A stretch of 64,000 bases of DNA. Origin: Bacteroidota bacterium (GTDB lineage Bacteria > Bacteroidota > Bacteroidia > NS11-12g > UBA955). Made by a program: the position numbers and the translations under genes. The notes beneath the pieces are model-generated. The model ran no database searches and had not been told where the DNA came from. It saw only the letters and a program-made list of their open reading frames with translations. Shown here piece after piece: positions 9,556-17,988 of this stretch; the stretch's first letter is position 1; every line of letters begins with the position of its first letter. The stretch lies in the NCBI GenBank assembly GCA_027621365.1, contig JAQCBH010000005.1, forward strand, positions 54,658 through 118,657, in the 5' to 3' direction.

Positions 9556-10634
9556 AACATTCCATCCTTTCCATCTTGAGCTTGTTGGGCATCACTGCCC
9601 TATCGGCCCAAAGCGCTGCGGTAAACGAAGGCCAGCATTTGAAAAACTTGCGCCAACTCACATTGGGCGGCGACAATGCTGAAGCCTATTTCAGTTTCGA
9701 CGGCCAAAAGCTTGTCTTTCAAAGCAATTACAAGGAATGGGGCTTAGAATGCGACCAAATTTTTTACAGCCCTATTGAATCTTTGGGGCTGCACACTGAT
9801 GAGAGCACTGGGCAATCAGTCGGCCCTGAGAAGCCCATGATGGTTTCTACTGGCATGGGACGCACCACTTGCTCCTATTTCATGCCCGGAGATGAGCTCA
9901 TGCTGTATGCCTCTACCCATGAGGGCGGCAGAGACTGTCCTCCTGTGCCTGAATCACACGGTCGCTACGTATGGCCTGTTTACGAAACCTTTGATATCTA
10001 TGTGACCGACGTTCAGGGCAACATTGTCAAAAAACTCACCGATGAGCCCGGTTACGACGCCGAGGCGACAGTTTCTCCAGACGGCCAGTCGATCGTCTTC
10101 ACTTCTACGCGAAGTGGCGATTTGGAACTTTGGATCATGGACATCGACGGTTCCAATCTGCGTCAAATCACCTCCGGCTTGGGCTATGATGGCGGGGCCT
10201 TCTTCTCTCCCGATTCCAAGCAGTTGGTATTCCGTGCTTCACGCCCCAACACGCCCGAAGACAGCGCCCATTACGTCGACCTATTGAAACAAGGTCTTGT
10301 TGAGCCCACCAACATGGAAATCTATACGGTGAATGTAGACGGATCTGATTTGAAGCAAATCACCCATTTGGGCAAAGCCAACTGGGCTCCTTTCTTCCAC
10401 CCTTCGCAAGAGAAAATTATTTTCTCATCGAATCACCATAGCGACCGAGGATACGACTTTCAGTTGTACATGATTGGTACAGATGGAACGGGTTTGGAGC
10501 AAATCACGGGTGAGAGCATTTTTAACGCATTCCCGATGTTCTCCCCCGACGGAACAAAATTGGTATTTTCGAGCAACCGCAACAACGGTGGAACCCGCGA
10601 TACCAATCTGTTCATTGCCGATTGGGTTGACTAA
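9552..10634 (+). CDS. Periplasmic PD40/TolB-like WD40-type beta-propeller protein.
   Basis: Signal peptide. Repeated PDG-x-x-[IL]-[VA]F-x-S motifs (SPDGQSIVFTSTRSGDLELW, SPDSKQLVF, SPDGTKLVFSS). 4-bp overlap with the upstream gene. Confidence 0.8.
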   Translation: MKHSILSILSLLGITALSAQSAAVNEGQHLKNLRQLTLGGDNAEAYFSFDGQKLVFQSNYKEWGLECDQIFYSPIESLGLHTDESTGQSVGPEKPMMVSTGMGRTTCSYFMPGDELMLYASTHEGGRDCPPVPESHGRYVWPVYETFDIYVTDVQGNIVKKLTDEPGYDAEATVSPDGQSIVFTSTRSGDLELWIMDIDGSNLRQITSGLGYDGGAFFSPDSKQLVFRASRPNTPEDSAHYVDLLKQGLVEPTNMEIYTVNVDGSDLKQITHLGKANWAPFFHPSQEKIIFSSNHHSDRGYDFQLYMIGTDGTGLEQITGESIFNAFPMFSPDGTKLVFSSNRNNGGTRDTNLFIADWVD

Positions 10635-10659
10635 TTCCTAGCTTGGGCGGGGCCCTGCC

Positions 10660-11379
10660 ATGCTCATCAAAACCGAAGCCCTCGTCTTGCACAAAGTGCC
10701 GCACAGCGATCACTCTGCGGTGGTTAAGCTATTCACCAAAGAATGCGGACTTCTTTCCTTTCTGGTTCAAGGTCTACACGGCAAACAAAACAAAAACGCT
10801 TATTACCAGCCGGGTCAATTCTTGGAGATTATTTTTCACCGCAAAGCGGGACAAGGGTTGAACCGCATTCGAGAAGTGCAGGCCCTTCATACCGAGTTCA
10901 CCGCTCAAAGTCCGGCCGATCAATTTTGGAGGCAGCAATTGCTTTCTTTCGCTGTTGAGCTGACCAACTTCTGCCTGAGTGAGGAACACTCTGAACCTGA
11001 ATTGTTCGACACCCTATCCTCCAACATTCGATCCTTGGTGCAAGGCGAGATCAACTTGAGTTGGTTCCCCTTGCAACTGTGCCTGGATGTCAGTGAATGT
11101 TTGGGCCAAGGCCTTCCCCTGCGCGAAGCTCAACGAAAAGGGGGACTCGACGTTTGGAACGGACATTTTGGCCAAGCCAATAGTCTCCCGCATCAATGGC
11201 TCAGCGAACGTGATTGTGCCTTGCTATGGGATGCTCAACGCAGCGGTATTTGGGAAGCTCCAAGAGCCGAACGAATAGGAGTGCTAGACAAACTCGTCCT
11301 GCACCTGACGGTTTCCTTTTTCCCTGGAAAAACCTTGAAATCCATTTCCATCATTCGGGAAATGGCCTCGATTCATTAA
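10660..11379 (+). CDS. recO: DNA repair protein RecO.
   Basis: MLIKTEALVLHKVPHSDHSAVVKLFTKECGLLSF matches the RecO N-terminal OB fold. 239 aa. Confidence 0.8.
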   Translation: MLIKTEALVLHKVPHSDHSAVVKLFTKECGLLSFLVQGLHGKQNKNAYYQPGQFLEIIFHRKAGQGLNRIREVQALHTEFTAQSPADQFWRQQLLSFAVELTNFCLSEEHSEPELFDTLSSNIRSLVQGEINLSWFPLQLCLDVSECLGQGLPLREAQRKGGLDVWNGHFGQANSLPHQWLSERDCALLWDAQRSGIWEAPRAERIGVLDKLVLHLTVSFFPGKTLKSISIIREMASIH

Positions 11380-12392
11380 GCGTCTTGCAAGCTGTTCTCA
11401 GCAATGAATTCCAGCACCTTATTGACCATATTCTTGGAGCCCATGATCACGGGAACTCGCTGATGCAATTCAGTGGGCGTCACTTGCAGAATGCGTTCAA
11501 AGCCCGAATGGGCGGATCCGCCGGCTTGCTCAACCAAAAACGACATCGGGTTGCACTCGTACATCAATCGCAACTTACCGTTGGGTGCCGACTCAGTGGG
11601 AGGATACAAAAATACCCCACCTTTGAGAAGGTTGCGATGAAAATCAGCAATCAAACTTCCAATGTATCGGGCCGAATAAGGGCGATGACTCGCCGTGTCT
11701 TTTTCCTTGCAATAGGCCAAATAGCGCTGGTACGCCGCAGGGAACGAATCGGTATTCCCCTCATTAACACTATAAATCTCACCCTCTTCAGGAATTTCAA
11801 TATTTGGATGCGACAGGCAAAATTCATGGATATTATCGTCAAGTGTAAAACCGTTGACCCCTACACCCGTAGTGTACACGAGCATGGTTGAAGACCCATA
11901 GATGAAATACCCGGCAGCCACTTGGTGTTTGCCTTTTTGCAAACAGTCTTCAAGGGTGGGGTCTTTTTGTGCGTTGGGCCTTCGGAAAATGCTAAAAATG
12001 GTGCCAATGCTGGCGTTTACATCGATGTTGCTGCTGCCATCCAATGGATCGATGGCCACTACATATTTCTCGTTCTCGCATCCTGGAACAAAGCAGGCAT
12101 CGTCATTCTCTTCTGATATGATGATACTCACTTCCCCACTGCGAGACAAGGTCTGCAGGAAAATTTCATTGGCGATGACGTCCAACTTCTTTTGCTCCTC
12201 GCCCTGAACATTGGTAGATCCCTGATTCCCCAATATATCGACCAAGCCCGCCTTGCGAACGTCACGGTTGACCATTTTAGCGGCAAGCTCTAGAGAGCGA
12301 AAAATCTTGGAGAGGGAGCCACCTGCATCCTTATACAAAGACTGTTGATCTACGATAAACTGTTCGAGGGTGATGAGACCGTTATAAGGCAT
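11376..12392 (-). CDS. fbp: Fructose-1,6-bisphosphatase, class I.
   Basis: TLEQFIV…GEEQKKLDVIANE…DPLDGSSNID…GYFIYGSSTMLVYT are FBPase class 1 signatures. The start was placed at MPYNGLITLEQF. Confidence 0.9.
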   Translation of the reverse strand: MPYNGLITLEQFIVDQQSLYKDAGGSLSKIFRSLELAAKMVNRDVRKAGLVDILGNQGSTNVQGEEQKKLDVIANEIFLQTLSRSGEVSIIISEENDDACFVPGCENEKYVVAIDPLDGSSNIDVNASIGTIFSIFRRPNAQKDPTLEDCLQKGKHQVAAGYFIYGSSTMLVYTTGVGVNGFTLDDNIHEFCLSHPNIEIPEEGEIYSVNEGNTDSFPAAYQRYLAYCKEKDTASHRPYSARYIGSLIADFHRNLLKGGVFLYPPTESAPNGKLRLMYECNPMSFLVEQAGGSAHSGFERILQVTPTELHQRVPVIMGSKNMVNKVLEFIAENSLQDA

Positions 12393-12480
12393 AGTCAAAG
12401 AACCAAAATCGTTTTTACCTTTGCAAATCAACGAAAAAGAGGTCAGACCATCTGCCTCCCTCGTGGAACATTTGACAAAG

Positions 12481-13746
12481 ATGCAGATATTTAAGTTTGG
12501 TGGGGCATCCGTGAAGGATGCTGAAGGTGTTCGAAACGTAGCTCAAATCATTGAGAATTATAGCCAATCGAATGTATTGGTGGTGATTTCTGCGATGGGA
12601 AAGAGCACCAATGCGCTCGAAAAAATCATTCATGCCTCTTTCTATAATGATGGAAAATTGGCGACCTATGTTACCGAATTTAAACAATACCACGACCAGA
12701 TATTGAGCGATTTGTTTCCCGCCGAACATTTGTTTGGCCGCATCGACGTTCAAAATCTCTATTTGGAATTGGAATGCGCCATCGACAATGCCAACTTGAA
12801 GCACGACTATGACTTCTACTATGACCAAATCATAGGCTTCGGGGAATTGATATCCACTCGCATCGTGTCGGCCTATTTGCTATTCAGCGGATTGAGAAAT
12901 CAGTGGGTTGACTCCCGCAACTTCATTTTGACAGACGATCGCTACCGCGATGCGAAAGTCATGTGGGAACAAACCTCGACCGTGATCGGCAACCGCCTAA
13001 AACCACTGTCGGAAAAGAATTTGGTTATTGCTCAGGGATTCATAGGAAAAGGTCCAAATGGAGAAAACACTACCTTGGGTAGAGAAGGCTCCGATTACAG
13101 TGCTGCCATCTTTGCCAGACTTTTGGAGGCCCAATCGGTTACCATTTGGAAAGATGTTCCAGGTGTGATGAATGCCGATCCCAAGAAATTTGCCCATCCC
13201 GTCTTGCTCAAGGAACTTTCCTACGAGGACGCAATTGAACTGGCGTACTATGGAGCTTCCGTCATTCACCCAAAGACCATTCAACCGCTTCAAGCGGCCG
13301 GTATACCCTTGTATGTGAGAAGTTTCTCCCACCCAGAAATGGAGGGCACACGAGTCACTCGAGAATCAACTGGTCTGACCCAGGCCTGCTTGATTCACAA
13401 ATCGAACCAAACGCTCCTGCAGTTTTCTACCCGCAATTTGACTTTCATCGCTGAAACCCAGTTGATGCAATTATTCACTTTGTTCAACGCCCTGAAGATT
13501 CGTTTGAATTTGATGCAAAATTCGGCAACCCATTTTACCTGCGTGATCGATTTTCAAGAATCTCGTTTGGAGAGCTTGAAAGCCGAATTGGATAGTCTAG
13601 AGATGGAGCTCTCTGTTCAGCCAGAATTAGAAATGATCAGCATTTACCAACCTGAGCCTGGAATTGAGGCTCAACTTCCGGACGCAAGTACGTGGGTGCT
13701 CAAGCAGCAAACCGATCGCTCCACCCATTACGTGATCCGACCTTAA
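12481..13746 (+). CDS. lysC: Aspartate kinase.
   Basis: MQIFKFGGASVKDAEG…VLVVISAMGKSTNAL is the amino-acid kinase fold. C-terminal ACT domains. 421 aa. Confidence 0.85.
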   Translation: MQIFKFGGASVKDAEGVRNVAQIIENYSQSNVLVVISAMGKSTNALEKIIHASFYNDGKLATYVTEFKQYHDQILSDLFPAEHLFGRIDVQNLYLELECAIDNANLKHDYDFYYDQIIGFGELISTRIVSAYLLFSGLRNQWVDSRNFILTDDRYRDAKVMWEQTSTVIGNRLKPLSEKNLVIAQGFIGKGPNGENTTLGREGSDYSAAIFARLLEAQSVTIWKDVPGVMNADPKKFAHPVLLKELSYEDAIELAYYGASVIHPKTIQPLQAAGIPLYVRSFSHPEMEGTRVTRESTGLTQACLIHKSNQTLLQFSTRNLTFIAETQLMQLFTLFNALKIRLNLMQNSATHFTCVIDFQESRLESLKAELDSLEMELSVQPELEMISIYQPEPGIEAQLPDASTWVLKQQTDRSTHYVIRP

Positions 13747-13760
13747 ATTCATCAGGCATA

Positions 13761-13793
13761 AAAAAAGGGCTCCTTCGGGAGCCCTTTTTTATT
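13761..13793. terminator. Bidirectional rho-independent terminator between convergent lysC and the giant adhesin gene.
   Basis: AAAAAAAGGGCTCC-TTCG-GGAGCCCTTTTTTAT is a perfect 8-bp GC stem with a tetraloop, an A-tract on one side and a T-tract on the other. Confidence 0.8.
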
Positions 13794-13808
13794 TCATCAT
13801 TGATTCAA

Positions 13809-16800
13809 TCAACGATTGATGATCAATTTTTGTGTTTGTACTTCGGTTCCTTGGATTACACGCACAGTGTACATTCCAGGAGCAACCTGAGACAAGTCAA
13901 GGGTTTGACGACCAAAGCCGTTTTCTACACCGTTCAACTGGTACACTACTGCACCCAAAGCATTGATGACGGAAATGTCGGCTTTTTGCTGAGCAATGCC
14001 CTTCCACACCAAGGTAACCTCACCTCGTGTTGGGTTGGGCTGAACAGTCAAATGACCTTTCGCGTTAGCCTCTTCAACTCCCATGTAAGTATTGAAACAG
14101 TTGGGGGGGTATTCCACGTACACCTCACGTACCACCAAGTTCGATTGGTTGCCGCTAGGATCAGTCACTTGATAAGTGATGCTGTACACTCCGCTCTGCC
14201 AAATGTTTACATTGTGGGTAACCACCTCAACCAAAGGCATCAAATCGGTAGCCGAATAGTAGTTGTCGCGAACCTGAATACCACTAATGGCCCAGAAAGG
14301 TGTACCTACACAAGCACTCACAACAGGAGCTACGAGCTCAGGCGCTTTGCGGTCTACTACCTTTACGAAACGTGATTTGGTGGTTGAATTTCCACTCTCG
14401 TCAATGGCGGTATAAGACTCTTCATACATACCCAAAGTGTAAACATCAACAGAACCTGACTTGGTCACAGAAATCTGAGACAAGGGGTAGTAGTTGTCGC
14501 TCACCGTCACGCTGCGAGAAGAGTACGGAGTCATGACATCGTGCAAAATGGTATCGCTGGTGTTCAACTCGATGTTGGGGGCGATGAAATCATCAACGCG
14601 GTAATTGATCGTATAGCCATCTTCATCGGCTGCGTTTCCGCTAGGATCTTTGGCCTTGTAAGTGATGGGGTAAGTTGCGCGAATCTGCGTATTTACCTGA
14701 CCATTGAATCCTGGGTTCTTGCTCAAGAAGATGGAACCATTGCAGTCGTCCATGGCGTAAACCTCATCAACAAAAGGAGACTTGATCTGCACATCGATGG
14801 TAGCTCCATCGGTGATGCGCTGATTCAAACGGTAAATACCGGGCTTCTTGGTGTCGCGCACTTGAACCAAACGAGTGGCGGTTGCGGTGTTTCCTTGAGC
14901 ATCCTTCACGGTATATACCAAGGTATAATCACCCACAGTGCTAGCATCAACACTACCAGAAATTTGAATGGCCGAGGTCAAGTTGCCATCTACGGCATCG
15001 TTGGCCACTGCACCCAATTCGCTGTAGGTATCGCATTGCTCCATGGTAATGGTGGTATTTCCATTCAAAGTCAACACAGGAGCGGTACGGTCGAGAACGA
15101 CGATTACGGTACGAGTGCGTTGCTCTGCTTTGTTACCAGAAGCGTCTTCTACATCGAAGGTGATGCTGTACACACCTGGAACCGTGCAATCCAAATCGCT
15201 ATTCACTACCACCAATGAAGTCATATCGCCTTCGGTAGGATCATTAGCAGAGTACGTAGAATTGGCCACTTCGGCATAGCAAGAAGTCTTGCTGGAACCG
15301 CGCTCCACACGAATCGTATCGCTTCCCACCAAACGGAAAGTAGGCACAGTCATGTCGTTGGCCAATTTCAGCAAATAATCTTCGTACTCACCTACTTGGT
15401 TGACACCACATGGCGTATTTGAGAAATTCGAGAATGAAGCAGCCACACGCAAGCGGGTCAAACCTTCAAAACTCTGGCTCAATTTGGGAACCTTAACGGA
15501 AGCGCTCGCGCTAGTACCCGTCATGCTTCCAGTGCTCATCACTTCCTCACCTGCATCGTTGAAATCACCATCAATGTTCCAGTCAACCCAAGCTTTGTAA
15601 TTCACAGGGTTAGAGTTCGACAAGCGAGTAACAGTCAAATCATAAGTAGAACCAAAGGTCAATACAGCGGGGTATTTGGTTTCAGCATAGCTGGTGTAAG
15701 CCGCTTGACCACCATCTGTATTGCTGTTGATCAACTTCACGCCATTGCTATTTTCCAAGGTCACTGTATTGATCGCCACGTCGGCTGACATCATGCTAAC
15801 CAAAGGTGTGCAGTAATCCAGCACAATCACATACTTGTTCTTGATCAACTTCTTCTGAGTAGCAGAATCGCCACCTACAGAATTCCAAGCCTTCAAGGTA
15901 AAGGTGTACGCACCGCCCTTCAAGAACTTGATCTGAGGGTTCTGGCTAGAAGCGCTAGTACCATTCATGTAAGTGAACGAAGTGGGGAAAATGTTTGACT
16001 CGAATTTGTTGGCGTAGTCAGTCTTTGTCGTAAAGCTCACAACATCCAACACATTGGGGCGCACATTGTCAGCCGTGTAATCCAGTGCACCGGGCTTAGT
16101 TGGCGTCAAGATGGTCACATTGTCGCAGAAGGTATCGTTGCCGTTACAGGTCTGGGCCACCAAACAAACCTCGTAAGTTCCGTCTGTTGAGAAGAACTCC
16201 GTGTAAGATTCGCCGGTACCTGCAACGTTCTGATCCACCCACCACTCGTAGGTAGGAGCTCCTTCGGTTTGAGTCGAAGCGTTGGCAAAGGTCACGGCCA
16301 TGCTATTGGCAGCAGGATTGTAATCAGTTGTCCACTTTGCATTGGGAGGCAAGGCAGGGCCCAATTTGCTCTTCCAATTCAAAATGAATCCTTTGTCGTT
16401 GCCAGAACCGTTGGTTTCGAACGTGATGTAACCCGCACCGCTGGTCAACACGATATCAGTTGTATCCCAGTAAGCCTGGTTGGTGGAAGTGATACCTTCT
16501 GTTGGAGTTACTTCCTTTGAAGGATCAGCTTCAGTAGCATCGTAGATGCGAATTTTATCACCGGCATCCTTCAATACCAATTCCTCAAAACTCAAGGTGA
16601 TTTTCTCAGCACCGCAAGGAAGAATTTTGAAGTAGTCAATAGAGGGCTTACGGTTATCGCCGTAATTGGCGGTTGGACCTCCATTATCAAACAAAGTACC
16701 GTTTTTGCTGTTGCCTTCTTTGCTGGGGCCCATGTAGAACTCAGTAGCTGAGGTACATTCGATGTATTTGCTCTTGCAAGTAGTGGTAGAGGGCCCGATA

Positions 16801-17840
16801 TCGTTTTCAGAAGTCAAGCAGACCTTGTACCATCCAAATTCATTCAGAGTGAAAATGGGATTCTGATCAGTGGCCGTTTGGTCGTCTGCCCCTGTGGGAG
16901 AGTACAATTCCCAACTCCATTTGTAGGCGCCGTTGTCGCTCAAATCAAACAACTGTACATTGTAGTATTGCTCTACTTCATTCAAATCAGAAATAAAATC
17001 AGCATTAGGAGCAGCCGTAGGAGCCACAATTTTCACTGTATTTACAGCAGAATCTTTGTCTCCACAGTAGTCAACCATCAACTTTACATCATAAGTTCCC
17101 GCATTATTCCATGAGGCAATGCCCTTAACGGCATTATTGGAAACGATGGTTGACGCCTGGTCGAAGGTCCAATTGTAGGTCCAGTTTCCGCCGCCGCCTG
17201 CTGTGAAGACAGTAGGAGACTTTACATAACTGGTACCCGTAGGAACAGAAAAAGTCGCGGTTGGCTTGGTGACATTCAAGATATTCACCTCAAAGTCCAT
17301 GATGTTACCATAATTGTTCAGTGTTCCACAACCCTGTGAGGTCGAGAACGTGCTATACAAGCAACGAACACGCAAAATGGCAGTACCCGCGCTCTGATTG
17401 CCACAGGGAATTTTAATTTTCACCGTCTTGTTTTGGTAGGCAGCAATCCGTCCAAATGGGCCTGAAGGACCTGAAATACACTCGGTGGTTTGAAAGTTAT
17501 TGTCGCGATTCAAATCCAACCATACTCCGGCCCATTCCGCATAGGAACAACCGTTGGAGATGTACATTTCAATCTCCTCGCCTGGAGTGATGTCGATGCA
17601 GGGACCGCTGGTCATCAATTTGTTGGTTGCGCCAGTGTTGCCACAGGTCAAACCCGAGAAGGAGGCTACCTGCCCCTTGCTGTTTTTGATGGTCACGGCA
17701 TCGAACCAGTCGATGCTGCAACCGTAGGAGTTCGTTGCCGCGCAAATTTGAGCCTGAGCAGCATGCCCGAATCCCCAGGTGGAGGCCAACAAAAGCCCAG
17801 CCTTCCAACCCAAGTTTTTAAGCGTTTTAGTGAATTTCAT
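13809..17840 (-). CDS. Giant secreted adhesin-like protein (about 1343 aa). It has an N-terminal Cys-rich GEVED-like domain, PKD/Ig-like and multiple HYR-like repeats, and a T9SS C-terminal sorting domain.
   Basis: Signal peptide. N-terminal region has 10 or more Cys and YGNIMDFEV. Repeated D-x-x-GN-x-A-x-x-x-R-x-V-x-V-x-D-x-x-x-P units (ASGNKAEQRTRTVIVVLDRTAPV, AQGNTATATRLVQVRDTKKP, ESGNSTTKSRFVKVVDRKAPE). C-terminus …YTVRVIQGTEVQTQKLIINR. Confidence 0.8.
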   Translation of the reverse strand: MKFTKTLKNLGWKAGLLLASTWGFGHAAQAQICAATNSYGCSIDWFDAVTIKNSKGQVASFSGLTCGNTGATNKLMTSGPCIDITPGEEIEMYISNGCSYAEWAGVWLDLNRDNNFQTTECISGPSGPFGRIAAYQNKTVKIKIPCGNQSAGTAILRVRCLYSTFSTSQGCGTLNNYGNIMDFEVNILNVTKPTATFSVPTGTSYVKSPTVFTAGGGGNWTYNWTFDQASTIVSNNAVKGIASWNNAGTYDVKLMVDYCGDKDSAVNTVKIVAPTAAPNADFISDLNEVEQYYNVQLFDLSDNGAYKWSWELYSPTGADDQTATDQNPIFTLNEFGWYKVCLTSENDIGPSTTTCKSKYIECTSATEFYMGPSKEGNSKNGTLFDNGGPTANYGDNRKPSIDYFKILPCGAEKITLSFEELVLKDAGDKIRIYDATEADPSKEVTPTEGITSTNQAYWDTTDIVLTSGAGYITFETNGSGNDKGFILNWKSKLGPALPPNAKWTTDYNPAANSMAVTFANASTQTEGAPTYEWWVDQNVAGTGESYTEFFSTDGTYEVCLVAQTCNGNDTFCDNVTILTPTKPGALDYTADNVRPNVLDVVSFTTKTDYANKFESNIFPTSFTYMNGTSASSQNPQIKFLKGGAYTFTLKAWNSVGGDSATQKKLIKNKYVIVLDYCTPLVSMMSADVAINTVTLENSNGVKLINSNTDGGQAAYTSYAETKYPAVLTFGSTYDLTVTRLSNSNPVNYKAWVDWNIDGDFNDAGEEVMSTGSMTGTSASASVKVPKLSQSFEGLTRLRVAASFSNFSNTPCGVNQVGEYEDYLLKLANDMTVPTFRLVGSDTIRVERGSSKTSCYAEVANSTYSANDPTEGDMTSLVVVNSDLDCTVPGVYSITFDVEDASGNKAEQRTRTVIVVLDRTAPVLTLNGNTTITMEQCDTYSELGAVANDAVDGNLTSAIQISGSVDASTVGDYTLVYTVKDAQGNTATATRLVQVRDTKKPGIYRLNQRITDGATIDVQIKSPFVDEVYAMDDCNGSIFLSKNPGFNGQVNTQIRATYPITYKAKDPSGNAADEDGYTINYRVDDFIAPNIELNTSDTILHDVMTPYSSRSVTVSDNYYPLSQISVTKSGSVDVYTLGMYEESYTAIDESGNSTTKSRFVKVVDRKAPELVAPVVSACVGTPFWAISGIQVRDNYYSATDLMPLVEVVTHNVNIWQSGVYSITYQVTDPSGNQSNLVVREVYVEYPPNCFNTYMGVEEANAKGHLTVQPNPTRGEVTLVWKGIAQQKADISVINALGAVVYQLNGVENGFGRQTLDLSQVAPGMYTVRVIQGTEVQTQKLIINR

Positions 17841-17988
17841 GTAAATGAGTGGTTAAATAGGGACTTAATCTAGCAAGTCCCCGTGAAACCCTTTTTTACA
17901 AAAAAACCGAGGTTCAAAAACGCAATCATCGCGCTCTTGATTATTTGCGCCTGCAATGCAAAATTTACAAATGTCAGATAATCAGTCG

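Noticed and set aside
12393-12480. Lysine riboswitch in front of lysC
   Set aside because: Only 88 bp are available, and no L-box-like conserved helices are recognisable.
14300-17873. Multiple plus-strand ORFs (for example 14541-15218 and 17490-17873) inside the adhesin gene
   Set aside because: They are antisense shadows of a repeat-rich gene with a skewed G/T/V/S codon composition. None has a start context or motifs.
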